Positions 6,807-15,518 are shown, counted from the first letter of the stretch. The stretch: 24,000 nt of DNA from Hymenobacter pini (GCF_020421205.1 NZ_JAIZZH010000001.1:889691-913690); one strand, 5' to 3'. Notes: generated from the letters alone by a model not told the origin. Numbers and translations are program-made.

Positions 6807-7442
6807 CTAGAGTGGTTTCTGCGCAACCAGCAGCAGCTCATGGTCCGTCTGCCCGTCAGACTTCTGAAAAGGCTGCCGTTGGAGCTGCAACAGGCGAAAC
6901 TTTCGCGCTTCCAGCGTATTGAGCAGAAAATGAGCGGAATGATACTGGATGTACACCCGGTCGCCCGCGCTGGAGGTTTGCCAGCCCGCCGCCGCGTCGC
7001 TGCTTTCCATAGTGCTGAGGTAGAACGCGCCGCCCGGTACCAACAGCTGGGCTACGTCGCCAATGAGGGTGGCGGCTTCCGGAGGAGTCAGATAGGGCAA
7101 GCAGAAGGAGCAAAGTACCCCGGCAAACCGCCCCGGCAGCTGGGCCACGTCCCGGCAATCCATCTGCACGAAGGTCGCCTCCGGATTATTAGCTTGAGGC
7201 AGGGCCAGCATGTTAGGGGCCAAATCGAGGCCTGTGAGCTGTAGTTTCGGGCGCTTTTCCGCCACGTAGCGCATCACGTTGCCGGGGCCGCAGCCTATAT
7301 CCAGCACTGCTCCCTCAGTCAGCGGAAGCGCCGAGCAAAACACATCTAGCATTGGCCCATAGGCCGATACATCCATGTATCGGCGCTGGTATTGCTCCGC
7401 CAGCTTGTCGAAGGTTGCTACCGATATCTGCGTTGGGTTCAT
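6807..7442 (-). CDS. Class I SAM-dependent methyltransferase; possible BioC-type malonyl-ACP O-methyltransferase
   Basis: Start at the internal ATG 7442..7440 (MNPTQISVATFDKLAEQY...). The track ORF extends to 7742 only by overlapping bioF. The SAM motif I is VLDIGCGPGN. At 211 aa it is shorter than the BioC sequences I remember. The BioC assignment rests on position between bioF and bioD, not on diagnostic motifs. Confidence 0.75.
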   Translation of the reverse strand: MNPTQISVATFDKLAEQYQRRYMDVSAYGPMLDVFCSALPLTEGAVLDIGCGPGNVMRYVAEKRPKLQLTGLDLAPNMLALPQANNPEATFVQMDCRDVAQLPGRFAGVLCSFCLPYLTPPEAATLIGDVAQLLVPGGAFYLSTMESSDAAAGWQTSSAGDRVYIQYHSAHFLLNTLEARKFRLLQLQRQPFQKSDGQTDHELLLVAQKPL

Positions 7443-7491
7443 AACTTCCGACAAGGGAGAATTAGCACTGGTTTCAAGCTGGTGATGCACG

Positions 7492-8628
7492 TCAGGCAAC
7501 TGACTCCTGCAGTGCCGCCGCCAGCCTATCAATTTCAGCCTCGGAGTTGTAGCTGTGCACGATAAGTCGCAGCCGCTCCGTGCCCACCGGCACAGTAGGC
7601 GATACGATGGCGCGCACATCGAAACCCGCGGCCTGGGCGGCGGCGGCCACGGCCCGCACCGCCGCCGGACCCGGCTGATTGGGAAAAAATACCGGGTGAA
7701 TAACGTGGCTGGCCGCTGGCACGTGCAGGCCGAACACCGCATTCAGGCGGGTTTTAAGGTAGTCGGACAGGGCAAACAGCCGGGCCCGCTCCGGCCCGAG
7801 CTCGGGCAATACCGCGTAGGCCGCCGTGAGGGCCGCTACTGCAAGCGGAGGCAGGGCCGTGGTGTAGATAAATGGGCGGCTGGTGCTCAACAGGTAGTCG
7901 CGCAGCAAAGCCGGGCCCGCCACGGCCGCGCCCTGGTTGCCCAGGGCCTTGCCAAACGTGAGGACGCGCGCAAACACGTCGGCTTCCAAGCCCAGCTCGG
8001 TTACCAATCCTTCGCCGTGGGGGCCGTAGAGGCCGTTGGTGTGGGCCTCATCCACCACCAGATACGCGCTATGCTCCCGGCACAGGGCCGCCAGTTCGGC
8101 CAGCGGGGCCATGTCGCCATCCATAGAGTACAGGGCCTCCACCGCCACAAATACGCAGCCCGTGGCCCGGTCCAGCTTACGGCATAGGTCGGTGAGGTCG
8201 TTGTGGCGGAAGCTCCAGGCTGTGGCAAATGAGCCCCGAATTCCGTCTTTTACGGAGGCGTGGGAGGCGTCGTCGTACAGAATAGTATCGCCGCGCCGAG
8301 GTACGGCCGCAAAGAAGCCCATGTTGGCGGCGTAGCCCGAGTTGAACAGCAGGGCGGCCTCAGCACCGTGGAATGTAGCCAGGCGGGCTTCTAGGGCCTC
8401 TGCCGCCAGGGAGTTGCCGGAAAGCAGGCGCGAGCCGGTGCTGCCGGCGGGCAGCGTTGCGGCCGCGGCCAGCACGGCCGCCCGCACCTGCGGATGCCGG
8501 CTCAGGCCCAGATAATCATTGGAGCTGAAATCAAGCAGCGCAGCCGGAGCCGGTAAACGACGGCGGGTGCCGGCATCCTCGCGTTTGGCCAGCTCAGTCT
8601 GTAGGCGTTGGTGAAGGGGCGTGGGCAT
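7492..8628 (-). CDS. bioF: 8-amino-7-oxononanoate synthase
   Basis: Start at the internal ATG 8628..8626 (MPTPLHQRLQTELAKRED). Alpha-oxoamine synthase motifs are present: SNDYLGL, VDEAHTNG, and TFGKALG with the PLP lysine. The track's upstream extension runs into the repeat at 8651-8735. Confidence 0.9.
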   Translation of the reverse strand: MPTPLHQRLQTELAKREDAGTRRRLPAPAALLDFSSNDYLGLSRHPQVRAAVLAAAATLPAGSTGSRLLSGNSLAAEALEARLATFHGAEAALLFNSGYAANMGFFAAVPRRGDTILYDDASHASVKDGIRGSFATAWSFRHNDLTDLCRKLDRATGCVFVAVEALYSMDGDMAPLAELAALCREHSAYLVVDEAHTNGLYGPHGEGLVTELGLEADVFARVLTFGKALGNQGAAVAGPALLRDYLLSTSRPFIYTTALPPLAVAALTAAYAVLPELGPERARLFALSDYLKTRLNAVFGLHVPAASHVIHPVFFPNQPGPAAVRAVAAAAQAAGFDVRAIVSPTVPVGTERLRLIVHSYNSEAEIDRLAAALQESVA

Positions 8629-8650
8629 TGGAGAAGCCGATAAAAAGCTT

Positions 8651-8735
8651 TCATCCTGAGTAAAACGAAGGACCTTATTACGCTGGAACGAAGGACGTAA
8701 CAACGTGATAAGGTCCTTCGCTTTGCTCAGGATGA
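8651..8735. repeat. Hairpin repeat element of the TCATCCTGAG...CTCAGGATGA class, located in the bioB-bioF spacer
   Basis: TCATCCTGAGTAAAACGAAGGACCTTAT (8651-8678) pairs with 8708-8735 at 26 of 28 positions, with a 29-nt loop. The loop contains another AACGAAGGAC copy. The core (GTCATCCTGAGCAAAGCGAAGGACC on the reverse strand) resembles the element at 3131-3224. Confidence 0.8.
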
Positions 8736-8751
8736 CAGCAGAGACTAAAGA

Positions 8752-9759
8752 TTATGCCTCTACTGCGGCCTCTTTACCCAGTACTACAGCGCCTTCCGGC
8801 ACGTCCTTGAACGACTTACGGGGCTTGAGGCCAAGCAAGGCAAACATCTGCTTGTCAGCGTCGAAATCGGGGTTGGGCGTGGTCAACAGCTTCTCGCCCG
8901 AGAAGATGGAGTTGGCACCGGCCAGGAAGCACAGGGCCTGCTCCGTTACGGGCATTTCCTGGCGGCCGGCCGAGAGGCGCACCATGGTGCGGGGCATCAG
9001 AATGCGGGCCGTACCAATCATGCGCAGCATTTCCCACACGCTCACGCGGGGCTGGTCGGCCAGGGGCGTACCTTCTACCGGTACGAGGGCATTGACGGGC
9101 ACGCTTTCGGGGTGGGCCGGCAACGTGGCCAGCGTGTGCAGCATGGCAATGCGGTCCTCGTCAGTTTCGCCCAGCCCGATAATGCCGCCCGAGCATACCG
9201 AAATACCGGCTTTGCGCACGTGTTCCAGCGTGTTCAGCCGGTCGTCGTAGGTACGGGTGGTAATGATTTCGGAGTAGTGCTCGGCGCTGGTGTCCAGGTT
9301 GTGGTTGTAGGCGTACAGGCCGGCTTCCTTGAGGCGCTCAGCCTGGTACTCGTTCAGCATGCCCAGGGTGCAGCACACTTCCAGGCCAATGTTGTTTACC
9401 TCGGTTACCATGTTCAGCACCCGGTCAAAGTCCCGGTTGTCGCGCACTTCGCGCCAGGCGGCACCCATGCAGAAACGGGTAGAGCCGCCGTCTTTGGCGC
9501 GCTGGGCGGCGGCCAGCACTTCGGCATCGGGCAGCAGTTTGTGAGCTTGTACGCCGGTGTGGTAGCGGGCCGCCTGGGGGCAGTAGGCGCAGTCTTCGGG
9601 GCAGCCCCCGGTTTTCACGCTCAGCAGGGTGCACACCTGCACCTCGCCGGTCGCCTGCGTTTCGGCATGAATGGCGGCGGCTTGGGTTACCAGCTCCAGC
9701 ACGGGCTGGTTATAGATAGCTTTTACTTCGTCGAGGGTCCAGTCGGTACGGAGGGTCAT
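8752..9759 (-). CDS. bioB: Biotin synthase (radical SAM)
   Basis: Start at the internal ATG 9759..9757 ([24 protein letters not shown]). The radical-SAM motif [10 protein letters not shown] is present and BioB-like sequence continues throughout ([29 protein letters not shown]). Confidence 0.95.
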   Translation of the reverse strand: MTLRTDWTLDEVKAIYNQPVLELVTQAAAIHAETQATGEVQVCTLLSVKTGGCPEDCAYCPQAARYHTGVQAHKLLPDAEVLAAAQRAKDGGSTRFCMGAAWREVRDNRDFDRVLNMVTEVNNIGLEVCCTLGMLNEYQAERLKEAGLYAYNHNLDTSAEHYSEIITTRTYDDRLNTLEHVRKAGISVCSGGIIGLGETDEDRIAMLHTLATLPAHPESVPVNALVPVEGTPLADQPRVSVWEMLRMIGTARILMPRTMVRLSAGRQEMPVTEQALCFLAGANSIFSGEKLLTTPNPDFDADKQMFALLGLKPRKSFKDVPEGAVVLGKEAAVEA

Positions 9760-9816
9760 GGGGCGGGGAAGAAGGGTTTCGGTGGTTGATGGGCGCGCTG
9801 CACGGCGGCAACACGG

Positions 9817-9851
9817 GGCGGCCCGCTGGAGCCGAGACTGCCAGCGGGCCG
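9817..9851. promoter_or_regulatory. GC-rich 12-bp perfect inverted repeat between maa and bioB; either a maa terminator or an operator-like site
   Basis: GCGGCCCGCTGG (9817-9828) is the exact reverse complement of CCAGCGGGCCGC (9840-9851), with an 11-nt spacer. It lies 33 nt downstream of the maa stop and about 60 nt upstream of the bioB ATG. No U-run follows on the minus strand. Confidence 0.4.
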
Positions 9852-9883
9852 CAAGATACATGAGAAGCCGATTCCGGCCGCGC

Positions 9884-10429
9884 TTAGAGCGTCCGAATTA
9901 CCCGGCAGGGGTTACCCACGGCCACCACGCCGGCCGGAATACTGCGCGTGACCACGCTGCCCGCGCCAATGGTAGTACCGGCCCCGATGGTGACACCGGG
10001 CATCACCAGCACACCAGCCCCCAGCCACACATTATCCTCAATGGTGATAGGGCGGGCAAACTCCCAACCGGCAACGCGCGGCTCTACTTCCACCGGGTGC
10101 CCGGCTGTGCTTAGCACCACATTCGGGGCAATAAACACGTTGTTGCCGATGATAACCGGGGCACAATCCAGGATGGTGAGGTTGTAGTTGGCGTACACGT
10201 TGCGGCCCAGCCGGATGTTGTAGCCATAGTCGCAGCGGAACGGGGCTTCCAGGTGCGCATCGGTTTCATAGCCAAGCAACTCGGCCAGCACCGTACGACT
10301 TAAGTTGATGGGCTCCTGGTTGTAGCGGTGGCAAAGCTCTTTGGCCCGGAGGCGCTCAGCCACCAATATGGGGTCGTTGGCGAGGTACAGTTCCCCCGTC
10401 AGCATGCGTTGGTTGTGTGGTAGCTCCAT
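9884..10429 (-). CDS. maa: Maltose/galactoside O-acetyltransferase (hexapeptide-repeat, Maa/LacA family)
   Basis: 181 aa starting at ATG 10429. The N-terminal Mac domain reads [31 protein letters not shown]-terminal left-handed beta-helix hexapeptide repeats follow ([27 protein letters not shown]). Confidence 0.9.
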   Translation of the reverse strand: MELPHNQRMLTGELYLANDPILVAERLRAKELCHRYNQEPINLSRTVLAELLGYETDAHLEAPFRCDYGYNIRLGRNVYANYNLTILDCAPVIIGNNVFIAPNVVLSTAGHPVEVEPRVAGWEFARPITIEDNVWLGAGVLVMPGVTIGAGTTIGAGSVVTRSIPAGVVAVGNPCRVIRTL

Positions 10430-10483
10430 CCGAGTTGGTCTGATACTGGCAACGGGTGGTGCTGCCCGGCGGCTAAGTTAGCA

Positions 10484-10912
10484 TTAGCTCACGGAGGAGT
10501 AAGCCGATTCGGTGGGCGGCGTGGTCGTGCCGCGGGCGTCCCGGGTGTTTTTCTGCACCGCAATGGCCCCGAATAAGCTCAGGAGGAAAGCCATGGCATA
10601 AAAGCCCTTTTCGCTCAGCAGCAACGAGGCATTCCACAGCCCAATGGTAAGCAAAGCCACCGCCAGAATAGTAGAGAACCAGCTCAGGCCGTAGTAAATG
10701 CCCGTAACCGGCACGCCTTCCAACTGGTCGCGCACCGATTTCTGCAGCGAAATAGCCGAAAACAGACCGTACATCAGCACCGTGAAATAATAGCCTTTCT
10801 CATTGAGCGGCATCTGCGCATTCCAGAGGCCCACAAAAAAAGCAGCCATACCGGCCAGCAGCGCGACCCAGGAAGCAGCAATAAAGGCATTGGAAGGTTT
10901 GGTGGTGTTCAT
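10484..10912 (-). CDS. yiaA: YiaA/YiaB-family inner-membrane protein with tandem YiaAB two-helix domains
   Basis: It aligns closely by eye with my recollection of E. coli YiaA ([35 protein letters not shown] ... [35 protein letters not shown]). The start is uncertain. ATG 10912 ([10 protein letters not shown]) best fits the YiaA length; in-frame alternatives lie at 10975 and 11014. Confidence 0.85.
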   Translation of the reverse strand: MNTTKPSNAFIAASWVALLAGMAAFFVGLWNAQMPLNEKGYYFTVLMYGLFSAISLQKSVRDQLEGVPVTGIYYGLSWFSTILAVALLTIGLWNASLLLSEKGFYAMAFLLSLFGAIAVQKNTRDARGTTTPPTESAYSSVS

Positions 10913-11203
10913 GGCAGTAAACGATTCAGGGTTGAAAAGTGAACCGGACGTTTCCTTGTCCGACGCCTCAAACATGGCATGCCACCGGCTTTTTTTGGAT
11001 GCCACCATTTTCATTGTTCAGACTTTTGGTCCTGAGCCTTTTGCTGCTTGTAAAAAGAATGAGTACGCGTTGCTAATACATAAAAACGGCCTTAAATATA
11101 CTGTAAGCCCATTTTAAGGCATTGGGTGTATAGATGGGAAAGATGGATGAATAGCAATGCATCAGACCTTAAAAATATGCATAATGACTAAGAGAAGACC
11201 CCT

Positions 11204-11244
11204 AAAAAACATAACCGGCCACCTCGATTGAGGTGGCCGGTTAT
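11204..11244 (-). terminator. Rho-independent terminator of rluF
   Basis: A 15-bp perfect stem, ATAACCGGCCACCTC (11211-11225) with GAGGTGGCCGGTTAT (11230-11244), has the loop GATT. On the minus strand it is followed by a T-run (plus-strand A6 at 11204-11209). It begins 25 nt after the rluF stop. Confidence 0.85.
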
Positions 11245-11268
11245 ATGGAGTATTGGGAAGCGAGTTGG

Positions 11269-12384
11269 TTAGCGCTTACCGGGGCGGCTGGCTCCTCGGG
11301 TACCGCGGGTGCTGGTTTTGCCCTTCGCCGGAGCGGCCGGGCCTTTGCCGGGGCCAGCGCTGCGGGAGCGGGAGCTGGCTGGGCGGCCGGTTTTGCCAAC
11401 ACCGGCACCATCGGGGCGAATTACCCCACCCCCCGCCGGACGACCGGGGCCGGTGGGCCATTGCAGCGGGTCGGTAGGCTTGGCGGCGGGTTTGGCCGTG
11501 CGGGCGGCCGCCACCTTTTTGCGCGTGGGCTTCTCTACCCAGGCACCGGCTGGGCGGTCCTGGCTGGCGCGGGCCGGAGCTGCTTTGGGGGCTCCCTGGC
11601 GGCCGGGACGGTCGGCCCAGAACTCGGCGGTGGAGGGGCGCTTGCGGCGGCGCGGGGTGCTGCCGTCGTCGGTGCCGCTGGAGTCCTTAATCATCTCAAA
11701 CAGCACCTTCAGCTCCTTGTCGCGCAGCTCCCGCCACTCGCCCACGCCCAGGCCCTTCACGTTGATGTTCATCACCCGGATGCGCTCCAGCTGCACCACC
11801 TCGTAGCCGAAATACTCGCACATGCGCCGGATCTGGCGGTTGAGGCCCTGCACCAGCGTAATCCGGAAGATGTAGGGCGTTTCCTTGGACACCTTGCAGG
11901 GCTTGGTCATGGTGCCGCCCAGCGGTACGCCGCTGGCCATGCCCTCAATGAACAGCTCGTTGATGGGCTTATCCACCATCACAATGTATTCCTTCTCGTG
12001 CTGGTTGCCCGCCCGCAGAATCTTGTTGACGATGTCGCCGTTGCTGGTGAGCAGAATCAGACCCTGCGACTCCTTATCCAGGCGGCCGATGGGGAAGATG
12101 CGCACCGAGTGCTTAATAGCCCGGATGATGTTGTCCTTGATGCCGGTATCGGTGGTGGCAATGATTCCGGGAGGCTTGTTGTAGGCAATGTACACGGCAT
12201 CCTCCTCGGCCCGGGGCTCAATGAGGTTGCCGTTCACCACCACCCGGTCCTTGCTGGTTACCTGGTCGCCGATGTTGGCCCGCTTGCCGTTCACGAACAC
12301 GTTGCCCTGCTCGATATGGCGGTCAGCTTCCCGACGGGAGCAGATGCCACTTTCGCTGATGTATTTATTGAGACGGGTTGCCAT
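11269..12384 (-). CDS. rluF: 23S rRNA pseudouridine synthase F (RsuA/RluB/RluF family) with a long basic Pro/Gly/Ala/Arg/Lys-rich C-terminal tail
   Basis: Start at the internal ATG 12384..12382 ([36 protein letters not shown]). It is near-collinear with my recollection of E. coli RluF, including [17 protein letters not shown] (catalytic Asp) and [22 protein letters not shown]. Confidence 0.92.
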   Translation of the reverse strand: MATRLNKYISESGICSRREADRHIEQGNVFVNGKRANIGDQVTSKDRVVVNGNLIEPRAEEDAVYIAYNKPPGIIATTDTGIKDNIIRAIKHSVRIFPIGRLDKESQGLILLTSNGDIVNKILRAGNQHEKEYIVMVDKPINELFIEGMASGVPLGGTMTKPCKVSKETPYIFRITLVQGLNRQIRRMCEYFGYEVVQLERIRVMNINVKGLGVGEWRELRDKELKVLFEMIKDSSGTDDGSTPRRRKRPSTAEFWADRPGRQGAPKAAPARASQDRPAGAWVEKPTRKKVAAARTAKPAAKPTDPLQWPTGPGRPAGGGVIRPDGAGVGKTGRPASSRSRSAGPGKGPAAPAKGKTSTRGTRGASRPGKR

Positions 12385-12436
12385 GACGGAGGTGCTTAGG
12401 GCCGGATGCCTAGTACTTAGGCACTTGGGCGATAGG

Positions 12437-12477
12437 TAAAAAAACAGGCTGCCGGCCCCCTGAAGGGTCGGCAGCCT
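12437..12477 (-). terminator. Rho-independent terminator downstream of the 12508-12864 gene
   Basis: The stem is CAGGCTGCCG (12444-12453) with CGGCAGCCTG (12468-12477). On the minus strand it is followed by a T7 run (plus-strand A7 at 12437-12443). Confidence 0.8.
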
Positions 12478-12507
12478 GCAAAGATACGGCATTAGCGGCG
12501 GGGAGCC

Positions 12508-12864
12508 TTACGCCGGGTGTGGGGTTTGACCAAAAAACGTGAACAGGGCTGTTTCCAACTCCGTGGGTAAAACAGGGGGCGTTATGTTCCGCAGGGTGAG
12601 GGGCTGACCGGTATGCGTAGGAATGAAAGTGCCCTGAGTAGCAGTGAAATGCAGTGTGCCCTGCGTGAATTCGCGTTGGTGTTCCTCGCCTTCTGCATTC
12701 ATGGCAACAAAGCCCAACGGACTGAGCTGCCCGCTGGCCCGGTCAAAGTACAGCCAAAAGTATACGTCCCCTGGATTTGCACTCTGCACATCCAGGCGTT
12801 TGATTTCGAAAATGCTGGCCGATTCAGCTTCAAGCAAATACAGGGGGCGGTAGGGGATGGTCAT
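12508..12864 (-). CDS. Hypothetical protein (118 aa)
   Basis: ORF with the internal ATG 12864 (MTIPYRPLYLLEAESASIFEIKRLDVQ...). I recognise no family. It is followed by a good terminator, which supports expression. Confidence 0.55.
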   Translation of the reverse strand: MTIPYRPLYLLEAESASIFEIKRLDVQSANPGDVYFWLYFDRASGQLSPLGFVAMNAEGEEHQREFTQGTLHFTATQGTFIPTHTGQPLTLRNITPPVLPTELETALFTFFGQTPHPA

Positions 12865-13002
12865 GGGAGGGGGAAATGGGTGTGACTGGTGTTTACATAC
12901 GCCAGCATACCACAAAGAAAGCACGGTTATATCTAGGAGATGCTGCGCGGAAAGCGTCGGTGAAAGCCAGCATAGGCGCGAATTGACCTGGTTCGGAATG
13001 CT

Positions 13003-13755
13003 TTAGTATGTGAAGGCGCGTTTAGCAATGAGCACTTTCCGGCCATCACGAAGCAGGTATCGGCGAATCCAAGGGCCCTGTTTTGAGTAATCGTAACTGT
13101 ATTCCGGCTGGTCACCGGAGTTGTCCAGCCACCAGTTACTGCGTGGTTTGGGTATCACAGTGCGGTTTTCCTTGATTAGGTCGCCCCGGGTGTTGTACTG
13201 GTATGTGACGGTGTAGACTGTGGCTCCTTCCTCGCCGTTATCAGTGCGGCGGTAGGTAGCCAGTTGGTTATTCACATAGGTAAGTTCGGTTGCTTCGATT
13301 ATCTCGCGCTTTAGTCCCTTGGCTTTTGTAAACCTGATCGGACGGTTGGCGGAGTCGAATTCCAAGTTGTGAAACACGTACATCGTATCAGCGCCAGATA
13401 GTCCAATCTCGCGGATAATGCGGGTAGAATCGGGGCTATACTGGTAGCTGTACCGGAAAATCTGAACCCGCTTATCTTCGGTGGTCGTAATTCTTTCCTG
13501 ACAGAGCACACGGCGGTTTGTAAAGAAATACTGCTCGGCTTCAACAAGTTTACGGCCAGCATAACTCCAACTCGCACTTACCCATCCTTGCTCGTCAAAC
13601 ATATACTCGGCCCAGAAACCACTTGGCCCCCGCCCAAAAGCCTGCACTTTTACCCTTTTAGCTCCCGGAAAATGTTCAGCCCGAACATCAAATTCCTGCG
13701 CTTGTACTGCCAATGAAAACAGTGGAAATAGGCTCGTGAGCAAAGCAACACGCAT
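13003..13755 (-). CDS. Hypothetical secreted protein (250 aa)
   Basis: ATG 13755 gives the signal peptide MRVALLTSLFPLFSLAVQAQ. An alternative ATG lies at 13776. G+C is visibly lower than in neighbouring genes. I recognise no family. Confidence 0.6.
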   Translation of the reverse strand: MRVALLTSLFPLFSLAVQAQEFDVRAEHFPGAKRVKVQAFGRGPSGFWAEYMFDEQGWVSASWSYAGRKLVEAEQYFFTNRRVLCQERITTTEDKRVQIFRYSYQYSPDSTRIIREIGLSGADTMYVFHNLEFDSANRPIRFTKAKGLKREIIEATELTYVNNQLATYRRTDNGEEGATVYTVTYQYNTRGDLIKENRTVIPKPRSNWWLDNSGDQPEYSYDYSKQGPWIRRYLLRDGRKVLIAKRAFTY

Positions 13756-13817
13756 AACCTGAAAATAAGCAATCATAGCACAAGGCCAGAATTAAGCAAT
13801 GTGATAATAGTCTTCTA

Positions 13818-14867
13818 TCACAGCTTCATTTGCTGCTCGCCCCGGTCTATGGCCTGTAGCCACCGGGTGAGGCCGCGCATGTAGGTGGGCTGGTCGTCGT
13901 AGAAGCTCATGTGGGAGCCGTTGGGGCAAATGAGAGCAGTGCCGTGCTGCACTTTCTGGGCTATCATGCGCATGTGCTCGGGGTCCATGGTGTCGTGCTT
14001 CCCCCCGATGCTGAGCACTGGCACCGTTAGCTTAGGCAGGTCAGCCACCCGGTCCCAGTTTTCCAGTTTGCCGGTGGCTCCAAACTCGCTGGGGCCCTGC
14101 ATGGTCACGTAGAGGGAGCGGTTGGTTTTGCCTAATGAGCGGGCCGCCGGCTCGGGCAGCGGTACCCGGCACAGGTGCTCCGCGTAGAAATTGGGTTCCA
14201 GCAGCTGCATGTAGCGCGGGTTGTCAAAATCCTTACGGGCCTCAATCTGCCGAATTTCGCGCAGCACCTCAGGTTTCATCTGGGGAGCCAGCACTTCATC
14301 GGCGTACTTGTTATAGGCCGGGATGCTCATCATCATGTTGCTGATAACAAGGCCTTTCAGGTGCTGCTGATGTTTGAGGGCATACTCGGCGGCCAGAATG
14401 CCGCCCCAGCTGTGGCCCAATAGGTAGAAGTTGTCTTTGTCCAGCTTCAGGGCCTGGCGTACCTGCTCCACTTCCTCCACGTAGCGCGGCAGGCTCCACA
14501 TGCTGGTATCCTGGGGGTTGTCGGAGTTGCCGCAGCCCAGCTGGTCGTAGTAGATAATCTCCACGCCTTCCCGAGGCAGGAAGCTTTCCATGCACTCGAA
14601 GTACTCGTGCGTGGCACCCGGTCCGCCATTTAGTAGAAGCAGCCGCATGCGCGGGTTGTTACCAAACCGCTTGGTCCACACGTTGAACTTGCCCTTGGGT
14701 GTCGATATGGAAACCATCTGCACGCCACCGGTTTGCACCTGCGTAGTATCGGGGGCGGGGAAGTAGGTGGTGAGACTAAGCGCTTCGGTAGCCTGTTTAG
14801 CGGTGGGGGAGGAACAGGCCACGAGGGCTAGCAAAATGCTGGTCAGTAGGCAACGGAAGGCGAGCAT
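13818..14867 (-). CDS. Proline iminopeptidase-type alpha/beta hydrolase (S33 family), lipoprotein
   Basis: The lipobox is LLALVAC|SS. Also present are the GGPG oxyanion motif (LLNGGPGATHEYFE), the nucleophile elbow GHSWGG, and C-terminal D and H residues (GKHD..., NGSHMSF). Confidence 0.85.
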   Translation of the reverse strand: MLAFRCLLTSILLALVACSSPTAKQATEALSLTTYFPAPDTTQVQTGGVQMVSISTPKGKFNVWTKRFGNNPRMRLLLLNGGPGATHEYFECMESFLPREGVEIIYYDQLGCGNSDNPQDTSMWSLPRYVEEVEQVRQALKLDKDNFYLLGHSWGGILAAEYALKHQQHLKGLVISNMMMSIPAYNKYADEVLAPQMKPEVLREIRQIEARKDFDNPRYMQLLEPNFYAEHLCRVPLPEPAARSLGKTNRSLYVTMQGPSEFGATGKLENWDRVADLPKLTVPVLSIGGKHDTMDPEHMRMIAQKVQHGTALICPNGSHMSFYDDQPTYMRGLTRWLQAIDRGEQQMKL

Positions 14868-14924
14868 AAGGAAAGTATTTGAGGGGAACTAGCAACGCCT
14901 TCAATACTACTCAATACAACGCCA

Positions 14925-15494
14925 TTATTGGTGTTGTTGCAGAAACTCTGTTTCATTTTCTGCTAGCTGCATCAGGTGGCGGCGGCCGTGCTGGGCCAAG
15001 AAATAGAGGTATTCGTACACAGTAATTTTGCCCAGACCATTAACCGACATCGTAGTTTTATACAGCACCCCTTCCCCGTTTTTCAAGTCAGCAAGTAACT
15101 GCAGGCATTCCGTTACTTGCTGCCGTAGCTGCTGCCGCACCTCAGGCAACGGGCGGGTGCCGGTAGGCACCATGTGTTCGGGCCGGATCCAGGCAAACGA
15201 ATTGAGTACGCCAACTTCCGCCAGCTTTTCTTCCTGAAACGTGTAGGCCGCCAGTTCGGCAGAGAGGTCGGCGGTAGGGGCTTGCTGCAACGCCTTACGC
15301 GCGCCCTTCCGGATCAGTAACAGCAGGAAATGATTGGTTAAGGCTGTGTGCTCCAGAATTTCGTTGGCCGTCCAGCCACCGTCGGCAGGGCGGTAGTGCT
15401 GGAGGGCGGCGGGGGCGTCACACCAGGTATCCAACGCGGCGAATGTATCGGTAAGGGCCGCCTGAACAGATGCAATATGTGTATGAATTGTCAT
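14925..15494 (-). CDS. DinB-family (DinB_2 four-helix bundle) protein
   Basis: 189 aa starting at ATG 15494. The His-containing pattern typical of the DinB superfamily is present (ANEILEHTALTNHF ... HGRRHLMQL). Confidence 0.75.
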   Translation of the reverse strand: MTIHTHIASVQAALTDTFAALDTWCDAPAALQHYRPADGGWTANEILEHTALTNHFLLLLIRKGARKALQQAPTADLSAELAAYTFQEEKLAEVGVLNSFAWIRPEHMVPTGTRPLPEVRQQLRQQVTECLQLLADLKNGEGVLYKTTMSVNGLGKITVYEYLYFLAQHGRRHLMQLAENETEFLQQHQ

Positions 15495-15518
15495 GAGGAT
15501 AAGTTGTTATGAGTGGAA

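Noticed and set aside
7443-7742. N-terminal 100-aa extension of the methyltransferase ORF. Similar extensions exist for bioB (to 9861), bioF (to 8703), the M28 peptidase (to 3133), the KAS-like gene (to 4631) and rluF (to 12492).
   Set aside because: The extensions overlap the upstream gene or a hairpin repeat and encode Arg/Cys/Pro-rich junk. Internal ATGs give N-termini that match the family (MTLRTDW..., MPTPLHQ..., a signal peptide, [13 protein letters not shown]...).
11233-12399. 388-aa ORF on the plus strand
   Set aside because: It is antisense to rluF, which is near-collinear with my recollection of E. coli RluF. Its product is Ala/Gly-rich with no motifs, so it is a GC-driven shadow ORF.
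12933-13115. 60-aa minus-strand ORF overlapping the 3' end of the 13003-13755 gene
   Set aside because: It overlaps a better-supported gene that has a signal peptide, in another frame. It is short and has no start context or motifs.
13818-14867. Alpha/beta hydrolase as the missing BioH-type pimeloyl-ACP methyl ester esterase
   Set aside because: It has a lipoprotein signal peptide, so it is exported. It carries proline-iminopeptidase-type motifs (GGPG, GHSWGG). It lies 4 kb from the bio cluster and is separated from it by unrelated genes and terminators.
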